Of a stretch of 64,000 nucleotides of DNA, positions 1 through 9,371 are shown one piece after another. Under the pieces are notes generated by a model, which was not told where the DNA came from, searched no databases, and was given only the letters and a program-made list of their open reading frames with translations. How positions within the stretch are numbered: the stretch's first letter is position 1; each line of letters starts with the position of its first letter. Both the position numbers and the translations under genes were made by a program. Source of the stretch: a virus (lineage: Duplodnaviria; Caudoviricetes); the IMG/VR virus record IMGVR_UViG_3300028533_000484, positions 64,001-128,000 of that record. The stretch is one strand, 5' to 3'.

Positions 1-2
1 TT

Positions 3-239
3 AAGGTAACATTTGTAACAAGAGATTATGGTTCATATGCATATGAAGAAGAGAAGCATGAGTTTTGTTTTGACCTCGAAAAAGATGCTAAAGCTTTTTA
101 CGACGATCTTGAAAACTTCATAGAGGAAAGAACTGGAGGAGACTCTTATGTTGTTTCTAAATCTAAACCTGAAAAGTTGAACGATTTAGTTTTATATAGA
201 TACGATCCATATGCTAAAAAACTTTGTCGTATAGATTAA
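3..239 (+). CDS. hypothetical protein, 5'-truncated by window edge
   Basis: Open frame KVTFVTRDYGSYAYEEEKHEF...KKLCRID ending TAA at 237-239, followed by AGGAG RBS of next gene. Confidence 0.7.
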   Translation, partial: KVTFVTRDYGSYAYEEEKHEFCFDLEKDAKAFYDDLENFIEERTGGDSYVVSKSKPEKLNDLVLYRYDPYAKKLCRID

Positions 240-251
240 AAGGAGATTATA

Positions 252-470
252 ATGGCAAAATTTTATGACCAACAGGACGATAGACCTACTAAAATTGAAA
301 AATTATTGAGAGCTTATAAAGAAAATAAGCTTGATGACTTTGAAGCAAGAGACGCTTTTGAGACTCTTGTGGATGATGAAGTTGATTTTTGTGAAGATGC
401 CAAAAGCGAAATTGAAGACCTTAAAGGGAGATTAGAGCGTATTGCTAATATTGCGGATGGATATTATTAA
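252..470 (+). CDS. small acidic hypothetical protein
   Basis: ORF with AGGAG RBS at 241-245. Confidence 0.75.
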   Translation: MAKFYDQQDDRPTKIEKLLRAYKENKLDDFEARDAFETLVDDEVDFCEDAKSEIEDLKGRLERIANIADGYY

Positions 471-488
471 TGCAAGGAATGTTGAATC

Positions 489-761
489 ATGAGCAAAAAA
501 TCTAAAAAGAAACAAGGATCAAAATGGTATTTCGCATTAAGAGGATCTAGTACTATACAAAGTATATATGCTGAAACTATAGAAGAAGCTGCACAAGTAC
601 TGGACGAGAAATATGGGGAAGGTAAGTACACTCTAGGTCATCTGAATAAAGCTCTTTCCAAAGAACAAATAAAAAGAGATAATGAAATATCGGAAAAAGT
701 AGCACGAGATCTATTTGGCGAAACAGCTGGTAGAATTATGCATGATATAAACAATCTTTAG
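489..761 (+). CDS. hypothetical protein
   Basis: ORF in tightly packed + strand run. Confidence 0.7.
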   Translation: MSKKSKKKQGSKWYFALRGSSTIQSIYAETIEEAAQVLDEKYGEGKYTLGHLNKALSKEQIKRDNEISEKVARDLFGETAGRIMHDINNL

Positions 762-785
762 GAACACTTTACGGAGGTAAAAAAA

Positions 786-1235
786 GTGGACTTTGAACTT
801 TTTAAGAAAGAGATTGATAGAATTAAGCAAGCTAAGTTTGGTGCAGAAGAGAAAGAAAGAAGAGAGCGTGAGGAAAGGTATGAGCAAGCTATCAAAAGTT
901 TGTTGGAACTTTTAGAAAACCTTAAGCCAGCTATCGAGTATGTTACAAAAGAATTTAATCTATTCAACGATGTTAAAGAAATAGGATGTACCGTACCCTA
1001 TGCATACTCTGCAAGTATTCGATGGTCTGAAAACTTTGATAATGCAGTTTGCCTTTATACAGGTCACGGTACTACTCTTACGTTTACAGTAAATAGTCTT
1101 ATCAATAGAAAGACTAAAGTAGATAAGGATTCTTTACAATGGATTGAAGACGCTTTTTGTTCAAAGAACTCAGTATTTTTTGCAGAGAGTTTATTAAAAA
1201 AATTAGAGTCCAATACACTCTACGTTGGTCGATAG
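786..1235 (+). CDS. hypothetical protein
   Basis: GTG start after GGAGGT RBS. Confidence 0.75.
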   Translation: MDFELFKKEIDRIKQAKFGAEEKERREREERYEQAIKSLLELLENLKPAIEYVTKEFNLFNDVKEIGCTVPYAYSASIRWSENFDNAVCLYTGHGTTLTFTVNSLINRKTKVDKDSLQWIEDAFCSKNSVFFAESLLKKLESNTLYVGR

Positions 1236-1245
1236 GAGGTAATGT

Positions 1246-2013
1246 ATGTCGATATTGGAAATTCATGATAAACCTTTTAATTATTTATTGCAGGTTGAAA
1301 ACGAATATAACAAAGTTGTAAAAAGGTTTGACACCAAAAACAAAGACTACTTTGATGCTCTTCGAGAACTTCGAGACAACTACACTAAAGACTACGATGC
1401 AATAGATGCTAAAGCTAATCAGCTCATCTATGGAAATCCTGAAGGTAAGTTGGATCGTAAATATAGAGATAGATCTGATTTATATATTAAAGTTGTTAAA
1501 AGAAGCCAAAAGTACAAGAACTGGATAAACTTTTTTATAGCTATTGGGGCTGCAGCAGTATTTATTACATTGGTTCGAGCTATTGTTTGGCCTTTTAATT
1601 TTGGGTCACATTATATTGGTAAAGGTTTTGAAAACTTTCTTCATATAGTCACAATAACTGCGGCTTGGTCAGGCTTTCTTTTTAATTCTATAATCTTTTT
1701 CAAGTCTCTCAAATATTGGTCTACTCAACCACTTAATACTAGAGCAGAAAGAAAGTGGCTTAAAAAATATTTTCGCAATATTAAAGATATAACAATTGCA
1801 AAAAGTTATTTAGAAATTTTAATTCAAAGAGAAGAATCTATTGAAAAGTATATTAATCTAGGCGATACCTGTATAGAAGTCCTAGATGCTAAATCTGAAG
1901 TAATTTCTAAAATGAAAAGAGATGTTGAAAAGGTTGTAGATGATTTTATGCACAATGGGGAAGTTTGCACTGCACTAGATCGTGTTTTGGAAAGTTGGAA
2001 AATATATCAGTAG
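1246..2013 (+). CDS. hypothetical membrane protein (two hydrophobic segments)
   Basis: AGGAGGT RBS; segments FFIAIGAAAVFITLV and IVTITAAWSGFLFNSIIFF. Confidence 0.75.
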   Translation: MSILEIHDKPFNYLLQVENEYNKVVKRFDTKNKDYFDALRELRDNYTKDYDAIDAKANQLIYGNPEGKLDRKYRDRSDLYIKVVKRSQKYKNWINFFIAIGAAAVFITLVRAIVWPFNFGSHYIGKGFENFLHIVTITAAWSGFLFNSIIFFKSLKYWSTQPLNTRAERKWLKKYFRNIKDITIAKSYLEILIQREESIEKYINLGDTCIEVLDAKSEVISKMKRDVEKVVDDFMHNGEVCTALDRVLESWKIYQ

Positions 2014-2085
2014 AAGTTAAAACTTTTTAGAATGCTTTGCTATAGGAACACCTATACTGTTATATGTACAGTAGGAGTTACGAAT

Positions 2086-2364
2086 ATGATTAAGATTTTT
2101 AGAATTTTGGATTTGACTGTAAGTTTAGTTCTTGTAGCACTTGGTGTTGCAATTTTCTTTATTGCAAAGAATTGGTGGGCTGTAGCTCCTGTAGGTGTTG
2201 CCTACATTATTTGGGAAATCATTGTTTTTAAGACATACTATAAAGCAAGAAAAGTAAATAGAAAAACTTGGAATGCTGGTTACAATTGTGGTTATGAAAG
2301 TGCACTAGAAGATGACGAGGACGATGATTATAGTTTTTATGATAATGAAAGTGACCGTTTATAA
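2086..2364 (+). CDS. small membrane protein with acidic tail (start moved from 2032 to 2086)
   Basis: AGGAG RBS before ATG 2086; GAAT-N18-CTATACT promoter motif upstream. Confidence 0.7.
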   Translation: MIKIFRILDLTVSLVLVALGVAIFFIAKNWWAVAPVGVAYIIWEIIVFKTYYKARKVNRKTWNAGYNCGYESALEDDEDDDYSFYDNESDRL

Positions 2365-2378
2365 TCAGGAGGACAGCA

Positions 2379-2573
2379 ATGGATGAAATCATTAGAATTT
2401 TGATGCATCGTGACGGTATTGACAAAGTGGAAGCTAAAGATATGATTAAGAGCTTTTTTGATGATGCTGAAGATGCCATCAATTCCGGCGATTATGAAGC
2501 TATTGAAGATATCTTGATGGATGATCTTGGTCTCGAACCTGACTACATTCCACAGCTTTTAGGTCTATTCTAA
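2379..2573 (+). CDS. small acidic hypothetical protein
   Basis: AGGAGG RBS. Confidence 0.75.
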   Translation: MDEIIRILMHRDGIDKVEAKDMIKSFFDDAEDAINSGDYEAIEDILMDDLGLEPDYIPQLLGLF

Positions 2574-2600
2574 CTAATTGTTGTAGGAGCATATATAATT

Positions 2601-3158
2601 ATGAAGAATTTTAGAGAAGGTAGAGTCAATAGAGACCAGGTTTTTGATATGCGTAGTGCCCGGAGACATGTTGCAAAAATTGCTGAATCTGTTGGCCTTA
2701 GAGCAGAGTATCGTGAAGCAGATGCAGATTCGTTCACTGTTCTTTTTTACAGTGGAGACAGTCGTCTTTTAAGTTCTGTACCAGTAGCTAAGGTATACAA
2801 TGCAACTGTCACTTTCACTTTTAAGGATTCTGGATACACTATAGATGATGAGCATGCAGACTACGATAGATTCCAAGGTGACTTTTCAAAAGGTTGGACC
2901 GAATTTGATCAAGATGTAAAGGACCTTTTAACAGATATGATAAACAATTTTTCAAAAAAGGAAATGAAAGAATCTGTTATTCCTGCAGATCAGGAAGAAA
3001 TTCTAAGAAAAGTTATTGCAGAAGCGTATCCTGAATATGTCGGTATAATTGACGACTATCTTAAAAATGGACTTGAAGGTTGCGATGGTTGCTTTGACGA
3101 TGATAACGATCTAATCGATGATTTTATTGCATACGCAGAGTATATTTTAGGAAAATAA
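2601..3158 (+). CDS. hypothetical protein, probable late/head-associated
   Basis: ACTAAT motif plus AGGAG upstream; N-terminus MKNFRE. Confidence 0.7.
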   Translation: MKNFREGRVNRDQVFDMRSARRHVAKIAESVGLRAEYREADADSFTVLFYSGDSRLLSSVPVAKVYNATVTFTFKDSGYTIDDEHADYDRFQGDFSKGWTEFDQDVKDLLTDMINNFSKKEMKESVIPADQEEILRKVIAEAYPEYVGIIDDYLKNGLEGCDGCFDDDNDLIDDFIAYAEYILGK

Positions 3159-3171
3159 TTTTTCTGAAAAA

Positions 3172-3197
3172 AGCATCAATGTTGTTTCGTTGATGCT
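3172..3197. terminator. hairpin between convergent genes
   Basis: AGCATCAATG...CGTTGATGCT preceded by A-run. Confidence 0.55.
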
Positions 3198-3207
3198 ATT
3201 CCTATCT

Positions 3208-3849
3208 TTAAGTATTTTCTAGAATTCTATTCTTTGGCATTTTTCTACTTGCAATAATTCTTGCAGTTGGATAAATCTCGTCATAAAGGCTATCCTCGAA
3301 TTCTGGTTTATCTAAATCATAATCATTCAATAATGGAAAAGACTTAATCAATCTTCTAACATTGTCAGGTATATCATCTCTGTACTCGAGTAAATATGCA
3401 AAGTTGCGAGCAATTCTTTCTGCTTGACCAGGTTTAGGTCGATCTAAACTATTTACCAAGCAATCTGCAGCTTTCACTAAAAGTGCAGAAGGACTTAACT
3501 CCAAAAGCTCTCGATTTATATATTCCTCTTTTCCTAACCTATCCACTTCAGGTTGAAAGTTTGTTACTTCCTCTACAATTTGGGCAACTGTTGGTCCGTA
3601 AATAGCTTCTAACTCTTCTGCAGTTGTATCTGTATCTTCCAAAGTATCGTGTAAAAGAGCTGCTTCTATTTCTGTAGCTGTTCCACCATAGGCAGCAACA
3701 ACTTCAGCTACCATTTCAGGATGCACGAAATATGGCTGACCAGATCCTCTACGAACCATTCCAGTATCATCGTGTTTACGTTTAGCAAAACTATAAGCAT
3801 ATTGTAATTGTGGATTTTCAATCATAGGGTTTTCAACTAATCTTTGCAT
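3208..3849 (-). CDS. HD-domain (p)ppGpp hydrolase-like protein (SpoT hydrolase / Mesh1 / SAH family)
   Basis: AxxxH...RRGSGQPYFVHP...AALLHDTLEDT...VEEVT...VKAAD...N motifs. Confidence 0.85.
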   Translation of the reverse strand: MQRLVENPMIENPQLQYAYSFAKRKHDDTGMVRRGSGQPYFVHPEMVAEVVAAYGGTATEIEAALLHDTLEDTDTTAEELEAIYGPTVAQIVEEVTNFQPEVDRLGKEEYINRELLELSPSALLVKAADCLVNSLDRPKPGQAERIARNFAYLLEYRDDIPDNVRRLIKSFPLLNDYDLDKPEFEDSLYDEIYPTARIIASRKMPKNRILENT

Positions 3850-3880
3850 ATCAAATGTAATTAGTTATATACTAATATGT

Positions 3881-4441
3881 ATGAAAATATTTTACATAAG
3901 ACACGCTCCAACTATGGCCAATCTAAACGGTGACATAGTTGAAGATTACGATGGACAAAGCATAGTTTTCTTTGATAAAGATAAATGGTACGAAAAAGTG
4001 GGGTCAAATCTTCCGAAAGATTTTAAGTTATTTATTTCACCTGCAAAAAGATGTAAAGAAACAGCTAAAGTTTTGTTCCCAGATAAAGAGTATACAGTCG
4101 TACAAGATCTTGCAGAGTTTGACTTAAGTGAGCTTAATAAGTCAGGCCAAAAGTTTTGGGAGATAGATGAAGAGACATTTAACAAGTATGTTTTCTTACC
4201 AGAACGCAGCATTATCAATCGCTGGTTGATTGCTCTCGAAAGTATGAAAAGCAAGTGCGACAGTAGTGACGACACAATCGTTGTAATTGGCCACGGATTT
4301 TACGGAAGACTTGTAAATGAAATATACCAAAACAATGATGACTCTGTTTTTGATATTCTTAATTCAAAAACCTTTTCTTTTGGAAATCTTGATATGATGG
4401 AAATTGAAAAGAGCCGAGTTCAGAAAGTTTACAGGATGTAA
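3881..4441 (+). CDS. histidine phosphatase (phosphoglycerate mutase-like) family protein
   Basis: IRHAPT, SPAKRCKET, LAEF, IGHG motifs. Confidence 0.85.
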   Translation: MKIFYIRHAPTMANLNGDIVEDYDGQSIVFFDKDKWYEKVGSNLPKDFKLFISPAKRCKETAKVLFPDKEYTVVQDLAEFDLSELNKSGQKFWEIDEETFNKYVFLPERSIINRWLIALESMKSKCDSSDDTIVVIGHGFYGRLVNEIYQNNDDSVFDILNSKTFSFGNLDMMEIEKSRVQKVYRM

Positions 4442-4443
4442 TT

Positions 4444-4908
4444 ATGGAATTTTACATTACTTATTTTTATCACATTCGAAACCTTTCTACAGATACTCTT
4501 CCGATAAGTATCAATAGTGGTGAGCCAAGTTGGTACCACAACTTTCAATCCAGAGATACAATGTTTAAGGATAAAAGAGGAGTTTGGAATGGAGGATATA
4601 TCGATGAGATATCGTCATCCAATTTAGATAGTACTGATGCTCATGAAACTTGTACAGATTGTGGAAGAGTAAAACTTGTAGGTAAAGATTGTCCTTTTGC
4701 AAAAAATTATCGAGCAAAATTAGACAAATTAGACTTTAACAAAGTTTACAAAAAGTTACTCAAGGTAGCAGAACATTTCGATTGCAATAAAATCTGTTTT
4801 GTTGTATATGAAAAACCAGATGTTGTTTGCGGTGAAAGATGGGTAATGAAAGATTGGTTTGCAGATCATGGAATTCAAATAGAGGAATTTAATCCAAAGA
4901 AAAGCTGA
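4444..4908 (+). CDS. DUF488-like protein
   Basis: N-terminal YITYF, ISI, and C-terminal YEKP..C..R..(W)F pattern. Confidence 0.55.
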   Translation: MEFYITYFYHIRNLSTDTLPISINSGEPSWYHNFQSRDTMFKDKRGVWNGGYIDEISSSNLDSTDAHETCTDCGRVKLVGKDCPFAKNYRAKLDKLDFNKVYKKLLKVAEHFDCNKICFVVYEKPDVVCGERWVMKDWFADHGIQIEEFNPKKS

Positions 4909-4959
4909 ACGTAGATCTCCAAAAGCAACTATAATATTAATTATTAGGGGGCTACGGAT

Positions 4960-5091
4960 ATGAATGAATTCGAATTAATGCAAATCGATGAAGAGGTTGA
5001 AAATTTCTTTAATGGAAATCTTGAATATGAAGAACTTGGACCTTCTGCTCGTTCAAGAGTTGCTGAAATAATTCAAGAATTGAGTGATTAG
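4960..5091 (+). CDS. 43-aa acidic protein (not in ORF track)
   Basis: GAAC-N18-CTATAAT promoter, AGGGGG RBS; MNEFELMQIDEEVENFFNGNLEYEELGPSARSRVAEIIQELSD. Confidence 0.7.
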   Translation: MNEFELMQIDEEVENFFNGNLEYEELGPSARSRVAEIIQELSD

Positions 5092-5113
5092 AAGATGTTA
5101 AGAGAGTATAAAA

Positions 5114-5839
5114 ATGCAAATTGTTATTGATGAAAAGGATTTTACTAGAAACAAACCTTACAGAGTTGAAATTGAGTTTGATGATGAAAAAGTTGTAGAA
5201 ATTTTAAAGTGCGCTAGAATTACAGCAAAGGATGGAATCATAAACAATTCCGATGTTATTAGTTGGATTCCATCTGCTATAAAAGGTAGTATTTATCTCT
5301 GTTTCCCTGAAACAGATAAGTTTTACTACATTAGTCCAAAATGTTGGAAAATGGATATAATCTCAATATTAAATGATGACAAGCTTTCAAGTGAAATTAT
5401 TACTGAGATATGCTTTAGGACTGCAAAATGTTTGACAGTTTTACTTCAAGCTGATCTTAAAATGCATGAAGATCCTCCTTCGTTTGAAGAGTTCGTAAAA
5501 GACTTCTTTAAAAAGAATCCCGATACATTAATAACTGTTACAGAATTTTTAAGAAAACTTGTAGATTGTACAAACATTATAGCAGAAAATCTTTCAAAAG
5601 CAGCAAAAGCAGATTGGCATACATCTTCAGGACTTTATGTATCGAAGGAACCTGTGTTGATGAATAGAAGTGCCATCAATTACTTTGCAAATGCTTTGAA
5701 TGGAGATGTTTGCTGGGATATACCTTCAGGTAAAACATCTTGTACAGTAAATCATATAGAAGGTGGAATAATGGTACGTTCTGAATTCCTTGCAAAGGAA
5801 AATGGATTATATGAATTGGTAAACACTTGTACGAACTAA
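5114..5839 (+). CDS. hypothetical protein
   Basis: 241-aa ORF. Confidence 0.75.
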   Translation: MQIVIDEKDFTRNKPYRVEIEFDDEKVVEILKCARITAKDGIINNSDVISWIPSAIKGSIYLCFPETDKFYYISPKCWKMDIISILNDDKLSSEIITEICFRTAKCLTVLLQADLKMHEDPPSFEEFVKDFFKKNPDTLITVTEFLRKLVDCTNIIAENLSKAAKADWHTSSGLYVSKEPVLMNRSAINYFANALNGDVCWDIPSGKTSCTVNHIEGGIMVRSEFLAKENGLYELVNTCTN

Positions 5840-5871
5840 AAGGATTAATTTAAATTAAAGGAAAAAATAAT

Positions 5872-6723
5872 ATGTCGAAAGTTTTAGTAATTTCTGGTAC
5901 TCATGGAAATGAGACCAATGCTGTTCAGGATGTATACGACCTTGAATTAAGATATGAGGATCAAGACATTCGCGATGTTATATTTTATCAAGCTTGGAAT
6001 CTTACGGCTTTAGATGCAGGAACAAGAGAGTTTGTTAGTTACTCAAACGAACTTCCCGATGATCTGAATCGGGCTTTTCCAACAACACAAAATGTAGATA
6101 AGGAAGACTTGATATATGTTCTTAAAGGTATCATAGATAAGGTGGACATTATTATCGATGTTCACAATTCCGAACTCTTAAAAAATTGCGTTGTCATTAA
6201 TAACGATTCTAGAGCCCAAAATTATGTAAATTTCTGTAAAGAAAATGACATACCTTTTATTGTAATTGAATCAACTACGAACACAATTAAGAGATTTGCA
6301 CTTAACAACGATAAAATTGGTTTTACTGTTGAAATTGGAGATATGAATTTCTCTGATAGTACCGAAGGTGTTGACTTTTTAGATAAACTTATCAAAGCTT
6401 TGCGAGCAGCTGATTTAGAAACATTAAGACGCTCTGATCAGAATCCTCTTGATGCATCTCAAGTCGCAAAAACAATTTATGCACATTCTCGAGGTTTATT
6501 AAGAACTTTTAGGAACAATGAATACAGTAAAAAGCCAAAACGTTCAGAAGTTCTAAAACATTACTTAAAAGGTGAAAAAATCTTCATAATTGAAAATCCT
6601 ACAAAATCTACATGTCGTGGTGAAGAAATTGTTGCTCCTTGTGATGGTTATGTAATGGATATGGTTGACTCATACTGGGTTAATACTGGAGATGTTATTC
6701 TTAATTTCCAACCAGACTTATAA
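5872..6723 (+). CDS. succinylglutamate desuccinylase/aspartoacylase (M14 metallo-carboxypeptidase) family protein
   Basis: GTHGNE, DLNRAFP, IIDVH, TVEIG motifs. Confidence 0.85.
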   Translation: MSKVLVISGTHGNETNAVQDVYDLELRYEDQDIRDVIFYQAWNLTALDAGTREFVSYSNELPDDLNRAFPTTQNVDKEDLIYVLKGIIDKVDIIIDVHNSELLKNCVVINNDSRAQNYVNFCKENDIPFIVIESTTNTIKRFALNNDKIGFTVEIGDMNFSDSTEGVDFLDKLIKALRAADLETLRRSDQNPLDASQVAKTIYAHSRGLLRTFRNNEYSKKPKRSEVLKHYLKGEKIFIIENPTKSTCRGEEIVAPCDGYVMDMVDSYWVNTGDVILNFQPDL

Positions 6724-6735
6724 AGGAGATTTTAT

Positions 6736-6951
6736 ATGCAGTTTTTTATTTTAACTTCTATTACAGTACTTTTTGCCTTAATAGCAGCAGAATGCATCTT
6801 TGAAGCATTCTTTTATGGATATCATTGGCTTTCAAAAAAGTATCATCGTCAAATTGATGACAATTGTCTTTGTCGAAAATACCTTGGAAATATCCTAGGT
6901 GCTTGGTTTTTTATAACACTTGTAATCATTTCAATTGTAAAGATTTTTTAA
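6736..6951 (+). CDS. small membrane protein
   Basis: AGGAG RBS; two hydrophobic segments. Confidence 0.65.
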   Translation: MQFFILTSITVLFALIAAECIFEAFFYGYHWLSKKYHRQIDDNCLCRKYLGNILGAWFFITLVIISIVKIF

Positions 6952-6954
6952 AAA

Positions 6955-7545
6955 ATGAAACAGCTCTACATACGTAAAGGTAATTTAGAAGAAAATAGAA
7001 ACATTCTCATAATTGGGGAGGAAGCAGAGCTCGGTAGTAGAGATTCTGCTTATAAACCTAAAGGTACTTTGCATCAAAGAATGCCTAGAGATCCTTACAC
7101 TGGAGCTGAAAACCTTGCTTACATTCATGCTTGCAAAAACATTCTTTTGATCTCATCTCAATATAAAAACGATCATGCAGTACACGATTTTGTAAAACGT
7201 TTTTGTAAAGATCTAGTAGTTTGGGACGGTGAAAGTAATCAAGGTTTAACAAATTCAAGAGAAGCTTTCATCTGTAAAAGTAAAAATGTAGATAAGACTG
7301 TTAGAATCTTACGAAAAAGAATTCAAGCAGTTGTTAAACCAGAAAGCTTTAAACAGTTTTTACAGAAAATATACTACAGTCTTAAAGTAAAGAAAAAGAT
7401 AAAATCTAAACGAAAAGTACGTAACATAAAACTCTGGTTAGTGATAATTCTAATCACTGTTTTAAACTTTCATCCAGTCACAAAACCTTTTGTAAGAAAG
7501 GTAGAAACAATCATTTATAATACAATAGCAAAACTTTTTAATTAA
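6955..7545 (+). CDS. hypothetical protein, basic C-terminus with hydrophobic segment
   Basis: 196-aa ORF. Confidence 0.7.
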   Translation: MKQLYIRKGNLEENRNILIIGEEAELGSRDSAYKPKGTLHQRMPRDPYTGAENLAYIHACKNILLISSQYKNDHAVHDFVKRFCKDLVVWDGESNQGLTNSREAFICKSKNVDKTVRILRKRIQAVVKPESFKQFLQKIYYSLKVKKKIKSKRKVRNIKLWLVIILITVLNFHPVTKPFVRKVETIIYNTIAKLFN

Positions 7546-7613
7546 AAAGTCATTTTTTATCGAAACTCCTTAAAGGTGTCTACCTATAATATTGGTATAT
7601 ATAAGGAGATAAT

Positions 7614-9329
7614 ATGAAACTTAAGTCATTAAAATCTGTAGAATTAAAAGCTGTTGAAATTCCAAAACGAATTACTGTTCCGGATTTTGCAGATTCAAAT
7701 AAATTTTCAGACCGAGTATTCGGTGCTTTTTGTAGAATAAATCCAGATCTTCCTTGTATGCAGGATGAAACATTCCTTAAAAGAGTTTTTACAGTATTAA
7801 AAGCTGCTGGTGGAGATGATTATTTAGAAAAAGCTAAACAATGTAAACTCTCAGAACTTGTTAGTAAGGATCCTGAAATTAAGAAATGGCGTCAGTGGTA
7901 TGCAACCGAAAAGTTGCGATTAGCTGAATGGAGAAAAGCCAATAAAGAAGAAATTGCAAAACGTAAAGCAGAATTTAAAGATAAATACGGATATGCAATT
8001 GTAGATGGTGTAGAAGAACCACTACAAAGTTATGCAGTCGAGCCAGAAGGTTTCTTCTTCGGTCGAGGAGATTCACCAATCAGTGGTTACTGGAAATTCG
8101 AAAACACTGCAGCAGACCTTAGAATTAATTCAAATAGTAAAAATCTTCCAGTAGTCATCTATACAGGTGAAGATGAAGAAAAATTAATTACAGATAATTT
8201 CCCTTGGAAAGTAACTTGGGATCCAGATTCACATTTTGCTGCACAATATGATATTAAAATAGGTATTCCAAATTCTGATGGAACAATTAAAACAATTAAA
8301 GCCGAAAAGTATAAAATGATTCAATTCGGGGCTACATCTTCAGTGAAAAAGGAAGGTCAGTCGAAGAAGTATGCTGCAGCTTCTGAGCTTGGAAAATCTT
8401 ATGAAAAAATTATTGAAAATGTGAAAAAGGAATTTCAAAAAGCAAGAAGCAGTAACAAAATTGCAGATTTAAGTACAGCGATTGCAGTATTTATGCTTTT
8501 TGAAAAAGGTATTCGTATTGGATCTGCTAAACCAACTGTCAACGGTACAAAAGGTCTTCTTTCTCTAGAATGGGGAAAAGATGTTAAGAGAGATGGTAAT
8601 AAAATAAAATTTAATTTTTATGGAAAAGATTCTGTAAAAGATACAAGTTCGATCGAAACTGAATATGCTGATGTAATTGAAAAAGGTTGGAGTAAATATA
8701 CAAAACTTTTTACAGATAAAGCTTCTATTAAAGAGTATATTGGAAAACTTGCACCTTCTGTAAGCGATGTATTTTCACCTAAACTTTGTCGTACGGCAGT
8801 TGCTGCTTCAGTAATGTTAAAAGCTCTTGACGAAGTTGTTGATAAGTACAAACTTACAAAAGAATCGCCAGAAGCTCTTAAAAAACTTGCATTTGATGAA
8901 GCAAATATGGCTGTTGCAAGACGCTTAAATCATCAACGCGGTGTAAACAAAGTTGCAGAAGCAAAACGTAATGAAGCAAATAAACTTAAAGAAGAAGCAA
9001 TTAAAGCAAGAGTTATTAAAGTAAAAGAAATGAATGCAAAGAAACAGGAAAGAATTAAGGCTCTTAAAGCAGCTAAAAAAGATGGTTGGAAAGAAAAGGT
9101 TGCAAAAATTCAAGAACAAATGCTAAAAGCAGATGAAAGACTTGCACAAAGTAAACGTAATTTGAAGTTCAAAGAAGAAAACGGAAACATTACAGCTTCT
9201 ACTTCGAAGGCTGCTTATATTGATCCTTCGATTGTTGCAGATTTCTGTACAAGAGTAGATTTGAAGCTTGAAAAAGTTTATACAAAGAGCCAGATAGAAC
9301 AGTTCAGTCAGTTCTTTGGTGAAGATTAA
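7614..9329 (+). CDS. DNA topoisomerase IB, long eukaryote-like form
   Basis: Catalytic pentad in order: GIRIG (R), GKDS (K), KLCRT (R), NHQR (H), TSKAAYIDP (Y); EPEGFFFGRGDSP motif; Lys/Glu-rich linker before the Tyr. Confidence 0.9.
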   Translation: MKLKSLKSVELKAVEIPKRITVPDFADSNKFSDRVFGAFCRINPDLPCMQDETFLKRVFTVLKAAGGDDYLEKAKQCKLSELVSKDPEIKKWRQWYATEKLRLAEWRKANKEEIAKRKAEFKDKYGYAIVDGVEEPLQSYAVEPEGFFFGRGDSPISGYWKFENTAADLRINSNSKNLPVVIYTGEDEEKLITDNFPWKVTWDPDSHFAAQYDIKIGIPNSDGTIKTIKAEKYKMIQFGATSSVKKEGQSKKYAAASELGKSYEKIIENVKKEFQKARSSNKIADLSTAIAVFMLFEKGIRIGSAKPTVNGTKGLLSLEWGKDVKRDGNKIKFNFYGKDSVKDTSSIETEYADVIEKGWSKYTKLFTDKASIKEYIGKLAPSVSDVFSPKLCRTAVAASVMLKALDEVVDKYKLTKESPEALKKLAFDEANMAVARRLNHQRGVNKVAEAKRNEANKLKEEAIKARVIKVKEMNAKKQERIKALKAAKKDGWKEKVAKIQEQMLKADERLAQSKRNLKFKEENGNITASTSKAAYIDPSIVADFCTRVDLKLEKVYTKSQIEQFSQFFGED

Positions 9330-9371
9330 TTAGGAATCTAACAGTTCGTGTAAAAGCATTATCGTAGGAGG

